Position numbers and translations under genes: made by a program. Below are positions 29,266 to 38,803 of a stretch of 64,000 nucleotides of DNA, in pieces. Positions within the stretch are counted from its first letter, which is position 1; each line of letters opens with the position of its first letter. The stretch is from Bryobacteraceae bacterium (GTDB lineage: Bacteria; Acidobacteriota; Terriglobia; Bryobacterales; Bryobacteraceae): positions 1 to 64,000 of the forward strand of contig JBKQVG010000251.1 of NCBI GenBank assembly GCA_052325345.1, given 5' to 3'. Below the pieces are notes generated by a model that was given only the letters and a program-made list of their open reading frames with translations, was not told the origin of the DNA and searched no databases.

Positions 29266-29708
29266 TCACGCGGCCTGGTCGTGTACCTGAACGGACAATC
29301 GCTTACCGAGGGCCGCAAACGCCGCCTGCAAACGATCCAACTTTGACCTGTGTTTGATGTCCAGCAACCGGTCAACCTGGCTTGGGGAGCATCGGAGCCT
29401 CCGCGCCAACTCCACTTCCTGACACCGGCTGAGCGCAAGGCCTCGTACAGCATGAACTTCGCCTCGCTCAGCGCCGGAACCGGCACGAGCCGCATTCCCT
29501 TTTTCAAGGTTCCCGGCTTTGGGAGGTCGCGCGAGGCCTCGACGTAAAACGTGAGCGCGAGTTCCAGGGCCTCCTGTGCCATCGCCATCGCCTCGTTGAG
29601 GGTTTCGCCCTCGGTGATCGCCTCCGGAACGTCCGGAAAGGTAACCACGAAGCCGCCCGATGCCTTGTCTTTAACGAATCTCGCCGGATATTCCACAGGT
29701 CGCCTCAC
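29266..29708 (-). pseudogene. hicB: hicB antitoxin, frameshifted
   Basis: The frame from the GTG at 29708 gives MRRPVEYPARFVKDKASGGFVVTFPDVPEAITEGETLNEAMAMAQEAL...YEALRSAGV. The canonical C-terminal HTH (ELARRLRCSPSQVDRLLDIKHRSKLDRLQAAFAALGKRLSVQVHDQAA*, stop at 29268-29266) continues in another frame from about 29420-29428. Compare E. coli HicB, ...QQELARRIGKPKQEITRLFN...LAAKALGKELSL. The 185-aa track ORF is the frameshift read-through. Confidence 0.75.
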
Positions 29709-29797
29709 TTCAGACCGAGCCGCTTCTTGATTCCCGCAACACCGCCCAATAGCAGGCCGACCGTAAGCCTTTCGCGGAAGTTCCGTTCACGTTTTTC
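29705..29797 (-). pseudogene. hicA: hicA toxin remnant (C-terminal roughly 30 codons only)
   Basis: Open frame EKRERNFRERLTVGLLLGGVAGIKKRLGLK*. The end resembles the HicA C-terminus (E. coli ...AILKQLGLS). Its TGA overlaps the hicB GTG (GTGA), the usual hicA-hicB coupling. There is no start codon and no N-terminal half. The frame is closed upstream by the blaI stop codon. Confidence 0.4.
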
Positions 29798-30196
29798 CTA
29801 GAGCAGCGTGGTATCGATGCCGGACGAATATTCCACCCTGGGCAGGGCGGCGGCAGCGGCGGCATCGCTGGGCTGCGCCGCGCTCAGGAAATTACGCAAC
29901 TCGTCTTCGGATCCGTTGAAGAAACCATTGACCAGTTCCCGGACGGCGGCGCGCCGCGTGGCTTCGCGCGTTGCTTGCGGGGCGTACAGGAACGCGCGCC
30001 CGGATTTGCGGCGCGACAGTTTGCCTTTGCGCACCAGCCTTTCGAGCACCGTCATGATGGTGGTGTAGGCCAGCGGGCGAGTGGCGGCCACCACGGCGCG
30101 GACGTCTTTCACCGAACCTTCGCCGGCGGACCAAAGCGCGTTCAGGCACATCAATTCGAGCGGCGGAGGAACTTCGCGAGCGGTCTTTGGCATCAC
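29798..30196 (-). CDS. BlaI/MecI/CopY-family transcriptional repressor
   Basis: LELMCLNALWSAGEGSVKDVRAVV...PLAYTTIMTVLERLVRKGKLSRRKSGRAFLYAP is the winged-helix penicillinase-repressor family pattern. Confidence 0.85.
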   Translation of the reverse strand: MMPKTAREVPPPLELMCLNALWSAGEGSVKDVRAVVAATRPLAYTTIMTVLERLVRKGKLSRRKSGRAFLYAPQATREATRRAAVRELVNGFFNGSEDELRNFLSAAQPSDAAAAAALPRVEYSSGIDTTLL

Positions 30197-31314
30197 TTCT
30201 CCTCGATCGGCAGGGCCGGCTGCAGGGCCTCGATGAGCTTGCTGGCGAAGGGAGAGCTCGCTTCGGCCGGCCGCCCCTCGGAAGCGGGGCTGGAGGCGCG
30301 CGGCGGCGCCGGAACGGCGGGGGTGGCTCCGGCCGTGCCGGCCGCCGGCGGTTCCTCAAGCCGGTAGCGGTCCATTTTCAACACCGGCCGCTCCAGGGCG
30401 CCGTTATAGGCGGTGAAGCAGCCGTCCACCTGGCGGTCGTTCTCGATCAGCGCCCGCATGGATTCCATCTTCGAGTCCATGTCGTCGAGATAGTGCAACA
30501 GCAGCGCTTCGGGAAACATCGGCAGCTTGGGGGAACCGAATTCAAGGTGGCCGTGGTGGCTCAGGATCATATGCTCCACCAGCGTGCGAAGCTCCGGCGG
30601 AAAATCGGGCAGCCCGCGCAGTTTGTCCGCCACCATGCGTAGCGCAATCTGGATGTGCCCGATCAATTGGCCTTCGGTGGAATAGGAAAACCCGCGTTCG
30701 TAATTGAGCTCGTAGATCTTGCCGATATCGTGCAGCACCACGCCGGCCAGCAAAAGATCGCCGTCGATGAACGGATAGTGGGGCGCCACGGTGCCGGCCA
30801 GGGAGCAAAGCGAGAGCACATGTTCCAGCAGCCCTCCCAGAAAGGCATGGTGGATCTGCTTGGCGGCCGGCGCGCGGCGATACCGCTGGGCGATATCCGG
30901 ATCGTCCAGCATGGCGTCGAGCAACGCTTTGAGGTGGGGATTCGCGAGCGCCGCCACGCGCGCCCGCAACTCGCCCCACATTTTTTCCGGATCGCGCCGC
31001 GAGGAAGGGAAATAGTCGCCGTAGTCGACTTCGCTGTCGTCCAGGCGGCGCACCTTGTGGACGGTCAATTGCGGGCGGTTATGAAAAATCTGAATGAGCC
31101 CTTTGACCTTGACAAAGTCGTCGCGGTCGAAGGCGTCGACCACTTCGGCCACGTTATCCCACATCTTGGCGTCAAGCTCGCCGGTGCGGTCCGCCAGCAG
31201 CAACGAAAGATAGATTTCGCCGGTTCGCTTGGTGCGAACCTCCTTGGAATGCACCAGAAAACTGCCGGTGACGATCTTATTCGTTTCCAGCTCGTTCACA
31301 TAGGGCGATTTCAT
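30193..31314 (-). CDS. yhaM: OB-fold plus HD-domain 3'-5' exoribonuclease (YhaM-like)
   Basis: N-terminal OB fold (FLVHSKEVRTKRTGEIYLSLLLADRTGELDAKMWDN). HD domain (HHAFLGGLLEHVL...VLHDIGK...SHHG). Its stop overlaps the blaI start (ATGA). Confidence 0.8.
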   Translation of the reverse strand: MKSPYVNELETNKIVTGSFLVHSKEVRTKRTGEIYLSLLLADRTGELDAKMWDNVAEVVDAFDRDDFVKVKGLIQIFHNRPQLTVHKVRRLDDSEVDYGDYFPSSRRDPEKMWGELRARVAALANPHLKALLDAMLDDPDIAQRYRRAPAAKQIHHAFLGGLLEHVLSLCSLAGTVAPHYPFIDGDLLLAGVVLHDIGKIYELNYERGFSYSTEGQLIGHIQIALRMVADKLRGLPDFPPELRTLVEHMILSHHGHLEFGSPKLPMFPEALLLHYLDDMDSKMESMRALIENDRQVDGCFTAYNGALERPVLKMDRYRLEEPPAAGTAGATPAVPAPPRASSPASEGRPAEASSPFASKLIEALQPALPIEEK

Positions 31315-32549
31315 TGCTTGATGGGCGGCGTGGGCGCCGCGGACGGCGCTTCGGACTGCGGCTGGTCCTTTCGGTCCCCGGACTGAGAGGTATCCACGTC
31401 GGCCCGCTTGGCATTGGTGTCGACGGTGCCTGGGATCGGAATGAACAACAGGTGTTTGCGCTTCCGGTGCTGAGCCGCCACTTCTTCCTTGGTGGTAGTT
31501 TGCGGCTTAAGCTGGGCAACTTCGTGCCAGCGCGTATCTTGGCCCGGAGCGGCCCCGGTATCGATGTAGCCGTCTTTGACTTCCAGAAAAGACGCCTGGC
31601 GCAGCTTGGTGAGATAAGGCCGCATGCGGGCCTCGATCTGCGGTTGGGACAGCTTGTCCTGGATCCCTTCCTTTACTTCGTCGAAAGTTGCCTGCCCCGC
31701 TTCGTAGCGCTCTTCGATCTTCAGAATGACGAACCCCTGAGGACGCTTGAACGGATCGGTGACGTAGCCTTTCTTCTCCTTGAAAACCACGTCCTCCATC
31801 TCCTTCGGCATCACGCCGCGGCCGTATGGAGGCAGTTGGCCGCCGTTGCGCGCGGTCTCCGGATCGTCGGAATTGGCCTGCACCAGCTCGCTGAATTTTT
31901 CGCCTTTGCGCGCGCGCGCCACCAGGTCCTTGGCCTTCTTTTCGGCCGCCGCAACCTGTTCCGGCGTCTTGCCTTCCGTCGAGATCAGGATCTGGCTCAG
32001 GTAGACCTGTTCCTTGCGCACGAACTCTGATTTATGCTCGTCGTAGTACTTGCGGAGATCGGCTTCCGGAATGGTCACGTGCATGCCGATTTCCTGGCCG
32101 ACCACGCGGTGTACCAGGTATTCGTCGGTCATCTTCTGCTTGTATTCCTCGAAGGGCATGCCGGTCTGGTCGCGGATGTAATCGTGGAACTTCTCCGGAT
32201 CGCTGATCTTGCTGAGAACCTGCAATTCGAGCAGCCGCCGCGTCACTTCGCTGTCCACGTTGATCTCCAGTTCCTTGGCCTTCTGCACCAGCAGAAGCTG
32301 ATCGATCTTGTCGCGCAGAATATTCTTGGACTGGTCGTCTACCGCCGCCTGCAAAGTCGGGCCGCTCAGGTGCTGTTCCTGGTGAAGGTAGGTTTCGACC
32401 AGGCGCCGCTGTTCGGACAACTCGCCCTTGGTGACGATTTCGCCGTTGACTTTCGCGGCGATTTCTTCCACTACGCGAATGTCCGCAGCGGGCGCCACGC
32501 CAAACATGCCAAGCGCCAACACGCTGAGTACTACAATACGGCAAATCAT
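31311..32549 (-). CDS. SurA-like periplasmic peptidyl-prolyl isomerase/chaperone
   Basis: Signal peptide MICRIVVLSVLALGMFGVAPA. SurA_N-like region (IAAKVNGEIVTKGEL). PpiC rotamase region (VYLSQILI...ARNGGQLPPYGRGVMPKEMEDVVF). Confidence 0.8.
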   Translation of the reverse strand: MICRIVVLSVLALGMFGVAPAADIRVVEEIAAKVNGEIVTKGELSEQRRLVETYLHQEQHLSGPTLQAAVDDQSKNILRDKIDQLLLVQKAKELEINVDSEVTRRLLELQVLSKISDPEKFHDYIRDQTGMPFEEYKQKMTDEYLVHRVVGQEIGMHVTIPEADLRKYYDEHKSEFVRKEQVYLSQILISTEGKTPEQVAAAEKKAKDLVARARKGEKFSELVQANSDDPETARNGGQLPPYGRGVMPKEMEDVVFKEKKGYVTDPFKRPQGFVILKIEERYEAGQATFDEVKEGIQDKLSQPQIEARMRPYLTKLRQASFLEVKDGYIDTGAAPGQDTRWHEVAQLKPQTTTKEEVAAQHRKRKHLLFIPIPGTVDTNAKRADVDTSQSGDRKDQPQSEAPSAAPTPPIKQ

Positions 32550-32559
32550 AAGTGACTCC

Positions 32560-35500
32560 TTATTTTACCAGCACTGCGGGATTGCTGCTCCCCGGCTTCA
32601 GCAATTGCAGACGGTCGCCCAGGAAGCGCAAAATATCGGCCGCGCCGCTCAAGCCCTCCAAGGGTAGTAGCAATACGCCTGCCGGACTGAATTGCGCGCC
32701 GCGCGTTTGGCTCACCACCTGCATGAGCCGGGCCGGATCCACCCGCGTCTCCTTGTGGAACTTGATACTCAGCAGGTTATGGCGGCGGTCGACGGCTTCG
32801 ATGCCGGCCTGCTCGGCGGAGGTTTTAAGCGCCGAATAGAGCAGCAGGTTGCGCACCGCCTCCGGGACTGTGCCATAACGATCCTCCAGTTCCTTTTCGG
32901 CACGGTCGCGGGCCGCGGCGTCGGCGGCGTTGGCGATCTGCCGGTAGGCGCGCAGCCGCTGGTTTTCGTCGCCAATATAGTCCGGCGGAATGCGGATTTC
33001 CAAACCTAGGTTGATGCTGGAATGGATCTCGGGAGCAACCTCTTCCCCCTTGAGTTCGCGCACGGTCTCGTCCAGCAGGCGGACGTAGGTGTCGAAACCC
33101 ACCGAATTGATGTGGCCGTGCTGCTCGCCGCCCAGCAGGTTGCCGGCGCCGCGTAATTCCAGGTCGAGAGCGGCGATTTTGAAACCGGCGCCTAAATCGC
33201 TGAATTCCTTCAGCGCAGCCAAACGCTTGCGGGCAATTTCGGTGAGCTCCGTATCCACCGGCACGAGCAGATAAGCGTACGCCCGGCGGTTCGAACGGCC
33301 CACCCGGCCGCGCAACTGATAAAGTTCGCTCAAGCCGTATTTCTCCGCGTTTTCGACCACCATGGTATTGGCAAGAGGTATGTCCAAACCATTTTCTATA
33401 ATAGTAGTACATACTAGGACATCGAACTCGTGACGCATGAACTGGAGCATGGTCTTCTCCAGTTCCGCCTCGCCCATCTGGCCGTGGCCCACGCCAATGC
33501 GCGCGTTAGGCGCCAATTGCTGGATGGAGGCGGCGCGCGACCAGATCGAATCCACCCGGTTGTGCAGGAAGTACACCTGCCCGCCACGGCCTAATTCGAG
33601 TTCGATCGCGGAACGAATCAGCTCCGGCTGAAAGGGTGCCACGATGGTATTGATCGAGAGCCTGTCCTTCGGCGGAGTCTCGATCACGGACATGTCCCGA
33701 AGTCCTAACAATGACATATGTAGTGTTCTGGGAATCGGGGTGGCGCTCATGGCGATCACGTCGACCGCCTTCTTGATCTGCTTGAGACGCTCCTTGTGCT
33801 TCACTCCAAAACGCTGCTCTTCGTCCACGACTACCAAGCCAAGATCTTTAAATTCAATGTCTTTGGAAAGCAAGCGGTGAGTGCCGACAGCGATGTCGAC
33901 TTTACCTTCCGCCAAGTCCTCGAGGCTGGTCTTGAGCTCCCTCGGGTTGCGGAAACGGCTGAACATCTCGATGCGCACCGGGAATGGCTGGAAGCGGCGC
34001 TTGAAAGTCTCGAAGTGTTGAAAAACTAAAACAGTAGTAGGAGCAAGAATAGCCACCTGCCGGCCGTCGCCGAGGGCCTTGAAGGCGGCCCGCATCACGA
34101 CTTCGGTCTTGCCGAACCCCACATCGCCACAGAGCAGCCGGTCCATCGGATGAGGGCTTTCCATGTCCCGCTTGATTTCGCGGATGGCGGTGATCTGGTC
34201 CGGGGTGGGCGAAAACTCGAAGGCGTCCTCAAACTCGCGCTGCCAGTTGCTGTCCACCGAGAACTGGAAACCTTCGGCCATTCTGCGGGAGGCGTAAAGC
34301 TTGAGCAGCTCGTCGGCCATGTCTCGCATTTTGGCCTTGATGCGGGTCTTGGTGCGGGTCCAGGTGGCGCCGCCCATGCGATCGAGGGCGGGTTTGCCTT
34401 CACCGGCGCCGCGGAACCGCTGCACCAGGTCCATGCGGGTAAGCGGGACGTAGAGTTTGGCGCCGCCGGCGTACTCGAGCAGCATGTAATCGCCCTTTGC
34501 TTCACCCCGCGAAATCTCGCGCAACCCCAGGTATTGGGCGACACCGTGCTCGGCGTGGACCACGTAATCGCCGGGTTTCAGCTCGATCAGGTCCGCTGAG
34601 AAGGTGGCCAGAGCGGACTTCGAAGCAGGCCCCCGCGCAACCAATTCGGGAGTTTCAAACAGGTCTTCGGATCCAAATACGACAAGTTTCGAATCCGGGA
34701 ACGCGGTGCCGCGCCGGACTTGGCCTTTTACCAGGTAAATGCTGGCGATCGACCCTGCCATGTAAGCGCGCTCGGCCAGGTAAGCGGGCGTGGATTCGAA
34801 TTGCTCCAACCCGAGCTGGTAGGCGACGCCATAGTCGTTCAGGATATCCGCCAGGCGCTCTACTTCACCTGTGGAACTTGCGAACAGGGCCACCCGGTTG
34901 CCGGCTTCTACCAGGGTCCGGGTCTCGCCGATTGCGATTTGCATGTTGCCGTGAAACGCCATGGCGGGGCGGGTGGGCACGTGCAGGCTGTCGCCGGCGA
35001 GGTCCAGGTGCTGGAGCGAAAGCTGAGGGACGGCCGAGACCTGGGCCTGCAACTCTTCCCAACGCAGAAAAATACGATCGGGGTCGTAAATGGGAGAGCG
35101 AGGGGTCTGTTCCAGGCGCGTCCAGAGGCGTTCGGCCGCTCCGTGGACTTGGTCGGGCTCGTCCCAAATCACCAAAGGATGATTGGTGAGAGCGAGGACC
35201 GATCCTTTGCGCTCGCGGACCATACCGGTAAGCAGCTCCCAGCCCGGGAACGCCTCGCCTAGCGGAGGCAGGTCCCTGCCGGGCAAGTCCGCTTCACGCA
35301 TGCGCTCGCCAAGTTCGACAAGTACCGAATTTGATCTCTGAAACTCGGTGAGCGGCAGCAGAACGCACTCTTCAAGTTTCAGAACCGAGCGCTGCGATTC
35401 CACCTCGAAGCGGCGCATCGATTCGACCTGATCGCCGAACAGGTCGATGCGGACGGGTTTGGAAGCTTCGGGCGAAAAAACGTCGAGGATTCCGCCGCGC

Positions 35501-36057
35501 ACCGAGTATTCGCCCACCATCTCGACGGGCTCGCGGCGTTCGTAGCCGATACTTTCCAGGTGCGCCACCAGTTCGTCGAGCGGCACCTCTTCGCCAACCC
35601 GGAGCTTGAGCGCGAGCTGCCGGTAATAATCGGCGGATTCGATGCGGAGGAGAGCGGAAGCCAGCGGGAGAACGGTGATGGGGACGTGCTGCGTGGCCAG
35701 GCGCCACAAACCAACGGCGCGCTGCTCGGAAATCTCGGCGTGAGGCGACAGGTTCTGCAAGGGAAGGACGTCGAGGGCCGGAAGCAGTTGGGGAGCGGCA
35801 CGCTCATCGGCAGCCAGCAGGTGGTAGAACGTCTGGACGGCTTCGGAAAGGGTTTCAGCCTCTTTGTTGCCATCCACGACCACGAGCAGCGGACGCTGAG
35901 TGGATTGCCAGAGCAGAACGATGTAGGCGGCCTTGGCCGTGGTAGTGAGGCCGGAAAGCCCGGCCGAATGGCCGGCTGTCAAGCGCTGCGTGGCTTCCGC
36001 AAAACCGGGGTGACGGCCCAGTTCCACGAAGAGATCTCGTACGGCTGGATGGATCAA
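32560..36057 (-). CDS. mfd: Transcription-repair coupling factor Mfd
   Basis: UvrB-homology region, CarD-like domain (GDYVVHAEHGVAQYLG), superfamily-2 helicase motifs (LLCGDVGFGKTEV, VVDEEQRFG, SATPIPRTL), and a TRCF C-terminal domain. I place the start at the TTG at 36057 (LIHPAVRDL...), which overlaps the rfaE stop as TTGA. The upstream 41 codons in the track overlap rfaE. Confidence 0.95.
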   Translation of the reverse strand: MIHPAVRDLFVELGRHPGFAEATQRLTAGHSAGLSGLTTTAKAAYIVLLWQSTQRPLLVVVDGNKEAETLSEAVQTFYHLLAADERAAPQLLPALDVLPLQNLSPHAEISEQRAVGLWRLATQHVPITVLPLASALLRIESADYYRQLALKLRVGEEVPLDELVAHLESIGYERREPVEMVGEYSVRGGILDVFSPEASKPVRIDLFGDQVESMRRFEVESQRSVLKLEECVLLPLTEFQRSNSVLVELGERMREADLPGRDLPPLGEAFPGWELLTGMVRERKGSVLALTNHPLVIWDEPDQVHGAAERLWTRLEQTPRSPIYDPDRIFLRWEELQAQVSAVPQLSLQHLDLAGDSLHVPTRPAMAFHGNMQIAIGETRTLVEAGNRVALFASSTGEVERLADILNDYGVAYQLGLEQFESTPAYLAERAYMAGSIASIYLVKGQVRRGTAFPDSKLVVFGSEDLFETPELVARGPASKSALATFSADLIELKPGDYVVHAEHGVAQYLGLREISRGEAKGDYMLLEYAGGAKLYVPLTRMDLVQRFRGAGEGKPALDRMGGATWTRTKTRIKAKMRDMADELLKLYASRRMAEGFQFSVDSNWQREFEDAFEFSPTPDQITAIREIKRDMESPHPMDRLLCGDVGFGKTEVVMRAAFKALGDGRQVAILAPTTVLVFQHFETFKRRFQPFPVRIEMFSRFRNPRELKTSLEDLAEGKVDIAVGTHRLLSKDIEFKDLGLVVVDEEQRFGVKHKERLKQIKKAVDVIAMSATPIPRTLHMSLLGLRDMSVIETPPKDRLSINTIVAPFQPELIRSAIELELGRGGQVYFLHNRVDSIWSRAASIQQLAPNARIGVGHGQMGEAELEKTMLQFMRHEFDVLVCTTIIENGLDIPLANTMVVENAEKYGLSELYQLRGRVGRSNRRAYAYLLVPVDTELTEIARKRLAALKEFSDLGAGFKIAALDLELRGAGNLLGGEQHGHINSVGFDTYVRLLDETVRELKGEEVAPEIHSSINLGLEIRIPPDYIGDENQRLRAYRQIANAADAAARDRAEKELEDRYGTVPEAVRNLLLYSALKTSAEQAGIEAVDRRHNLLSIKFHKETRVDPARLMQVVSQTRGAQFSPAGVLLLPLEGLSGAADILRFLGDRLQLLKPGSSNPAVLVK

Positions 36058-36527
36058 GAGGAAGACCCGAGAATCGCGTCGATAATATTGGAAGTGGAAT
36101 GGCCCGGCTCCATGGGTACCATCGCTACCCGTCCACCGGCCGCCTCCACTTCCTCTCGTCCGGCGACGAAATGGCTCCAATCGGCGCCTTTCACCAGAAC
36201 GTCGGGGAGCACCGCGGCGATCAATTCGCGCGGAGTATCTTCGTCGAACAACGCCACGGCATCCACCGCCGCCAGGCCAAGCGCGACGGCCGCGCGATCC
36301 CGCTCCGCCATGATGGGACGCGCCGCCCCTTTCAGCCGATGAACCCCGGCATCCGAATTGAGCGCCAGCACCAGCACGTCGCCCAGGGACCGTGCCCGCT
36401 CCAGCAACCGGATATGGCCCGGGTGCAGCAGATCATAGCAGCCGTTGGTGAGAACCACCACCTTTCCCTGTCGCTTCCAGAGCTGCCGTTGCGCTATGAG
36501 TTCGGCGCGAGAATAATACCGGGACAC
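36054..36527 (-). CDS. D-beta-D-heptose 1-phosphate adenylyltransferase (RfaE domain II-type cytidylyltransferase)
   Basis: VVLTNGCYDLLHPGHIRLLERARSLGDVLVLALNSD...RPI..ERDRA...VLPDVLVKGADW, including the HxGH nucleotidyltransferase motif. Confidence 0.85.
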   Translation of the reverse strand: MSRYYSRAELIAQRQLWKRQGKVVVLTNGCYDLLHPGHIRLLERARSLGDVLVLALNSDAGVHRLKGAARPIMAERDRAAVALGLAAVDAVALFDEDTPRELIAAVLPDVLVKGADWSHFVAGREEVEAAGGRVAMVPMEPGHSTSNIIDAILGSSS

Positions 36528-36577
36528 CGATTTTCAGTTTAGCAGCCGAACGGGGGATGGGCTGAGATTCGGGTGCT

Positions 36578-38722
36578 ATGCTACAGTTCAAATTCTTGTT
36601 ATCGCGCCCGCAAGCCATCGTCGCCAACATCCAGGCTGCCTGGCGAACCCGCCTGGCCGCCGGGGCCGGTCCGCTGCTGCTGATCGCGGTGGTGCTGGCC
36701 GCCGCGCTGGTTTACCAGCTCGAGACCGGGATCAATCGCCCCGCCATCCGGTCGGACGGGGTCGGCTACTACGCCTATCTGCCGCTTTACTTTATCCACC
36801 ATAGCCTGGCCTTTTCGGCTCTGCCGATAAACCACGCGATCTATGGTTTCCGCGTTTCCCCCCATACCGGCCGCCTGGCCGATCTTTATCCGGTAGGGCC
36901 GGCATTGTGCATGGCGCCATTCTTTTTGGCCGGGCATTTGGTTGCGGCCATCGGCGGCTGGCCGGCGGACGGGTATAGCCCTCCCTACCAATGGGCCATT
37001 CTCATCGCGGCTGTCTGCTGGTTTGCGGCGGGCGTGTACGCCACCTGGCAGGTGGTGGCGATCCGCGCCGGACCGGTGCGCGCTTCGGTCGCGCTGGCGC
37101 TGCTCGTACTGGGCGCCAATCTTATGCACTACGCGGTGGCCGAGCCCTCCATGTCTCATGTCTATGCCTTCGGCGCCATCGCCGTCCTGTTGTGGCTGGC
37201 GGACCGTTTCTGGGCCAACCCGACCCGCCGGCGCGCCGCGGCCATCGGCGCCGCCGCCGGCCTCGTCCTGAGCATCCGCACCTACGACATTCTGCTGGCG
37301 CCGGTGGCGCTCTATCCCGCGTTCTGGCCGTCGAACCGGGCAATCGTCCGGCGCCACTGGCTCTCCTTCGGACTGGGCATGGCTTTCGCTCTGTTGCCCT
37401 ACCTCGCGGTGACAACCTACTACCTCGGCGCTCCCTGGCGCACGCCCTACTGGGATTACGCGTTTCATTGGGGCAGCCCGGCCATTCTCCACAATCTGTT
37501 CAGCGTTCCGCAGGGCTGGTGGTTCTGGAGCCCCGTGTCCGCGATTGGCGTCGCCGGTCTGGCCGCCGGGCTGTTTTCGAAGAAACTGAGGTGGTTCTGC
37601 GGCGCCAGCCTGACCGCCATCGCGATCATGACCTATATCCTTGGCTCGTGGGGAGACCCGGCGCTGGGTCATGGCGCGACCTTCGGATCCGGCTTCGGAC
37701 ACCGCATGTACGTCGATCTGCTGCCGGTCGTGGCGGTTGGGCTGGGCGTCGTCTTTTCCAGGATTCCCCGGCCCGTGTGGTGGCTGCTGGGGTTGAATCT
37801 CTACCTGATGGCGGCCTACTGGAACGGCATGATTCAGGGAGCCGGCACCAACTGGGGCGGTTTCGTTCGGGCACTCCGCCAACCCGCGTTGTGGGCCCTG
37901 GGAATCGCACCTGCGGGCGACTCGCGGACACCCGATGGGCTGGCGGCCGTGGTCAGTCTGGCCGACGCCCGCTGGGATGTCGACCGGCTCGCCATCGACG
38001 TCGCCGCCAGCAACTCCGGCTCCGCGCTGTGGCTGGCGGACCCGGGCAAAGGCCAGGTCTTCCTCGCCATCCGCACCTTCGGGAACCCCCGCTGCCAGGG
38101 CGAATCCCTCGGGGAATGGCGCTTTCCCCTCTCCGACAATGTCGCCCCCGGCCAGACGGTTCGCATGGCGGCCGATATTTCCAGGGCGATGCTGGCTGCG
38201 CCGCACCTGGATTATTTCTGCGCCGAAATGATGGCGGAAGGCGTCGCCTGGTTTCGTGACCGCGGCCTGTCCCGGATGGCCGTCTTCAAGCTGGACGGCG
38301 AGACCATCCGCATTCCACCGGCCATCTTTCCGGTCATTCCATTTGGGCGCGTACTGTTCCTCTCGTCTCCGGAAGTGGAACCGCTGCTGGGAGACGGTTG
38401 GTCGGCCGCCGGGGCCGGTTTTCGCTCCATCGTCGGTTCGGAAGCGTTCCTGAACTTCCGCACCTCCCCGGGCCGCCGCTTGCTCCTGCGCGTGGCCGCC
38501 CGCGGCATTGCCGCTAATGAAGCCGGAGCCGGCCAGGTGGTCCAGTTCGGCGTGAATGGAGCCGACGCCGGCGCCTTCCGCTGGGCCAACGGCGAGAGCA
38601 AGACGATCGAGATTCCGGTGCGGCCCGACACCGCTGGCGACATCAGCGTCGCTTTCAAGATCCTTCACCCACCCGGACTCGCCGTCACATCCATTCAACT
38701 CGTGACAGCCAACGGGCTGTAG
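36578..38722 (+). CDS. Polytopic membrane protein with soluble C-terminal domain (possible GT-C-type glycosyltransferase)
   Basis: About 11-12 hydrophobic segments (first roughly 430 aa; SDGVGYYAYLPLYFIHHSLAF near TM1), followed by a roughly 280-aa soluble region. The antisense 734-aa ORF (36599-38803) is an Arg/Gly-rich shadow. Confidence 0.5.
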   Translation: MLQFKFLLSRPQAIVANIQAAWRTRLAAGAGPLLLIAVVLAAALVYQLETGINRPAIRSDGVGYYAYLPLYFIHHSLAFSALPINHAIYGFRVSPHTGRLADLYPVGPALCMAPFFLAGHLVAAIGGWPADGYSPPYQWAILIAAVCWFAAGVYATWQVVAIRAGPVRASVALALLVLGANLMHYAVAEPSMSHVYAFGAIAVLLWLADRFWANPTRRRAAAIGAAAGLVLSIRTYDILLAPVALYPAFWPSNRAIVRRHWLSFGLGMAFALLPYLAVTTYYLGAPWRTPYWDYAFHWGSPAILHNLFSVPQGWWFWSPVSAIGVAGLAAGLFSKKLRWFCGASLTAIAIMTYILGSWGDPALGHGATFGSGFGHRMYVDLLPVVAVGLGVVFSRIPRPVWWLLGLNLYLMAAYWNGMIQGAGTNWGGFVRALRQPALWALGIAPAGDSRTPDGLAAVVSLADARWDVDRLAIDVAASNSGSALWLADPGKGQVFLAIRTFGNPRCQGESLGEWRFPLSDNVAPGQTVRMAADISRAMLAAPHLDYFCAEMMAEGVAWFRDRGLSRMAVFKLDGETIRIPPAIFPVIPFGRVLFLSSPEVEPLLGDGWSAAGAGFRSIVGSEAFLNFRTSPGRRLLLRVAARGIAANEAGAGQVVQFGVNGADAGAFRWANGESKTIEIPVRPDTAGDISVAFKILHPPGLAVTSIQLVTANGL

Positions 38723-38803
38723 CCGGCGGGGCAGGCCGCGGCCGGTCGACAGGGTCGACAAATAGCGATCATCCGTCCCGCGTCTTGACGGAGCACGCCC
38801 CAC

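Noticed and set aside
36599-38803. 734-aa minus-strand ORF
   Set aside because: It is antisense to the polytopic membrane-protein gene at 36578-38722. The composition is Arg/Gly/Pro-rich, with no hydrophobic segments or motifs.
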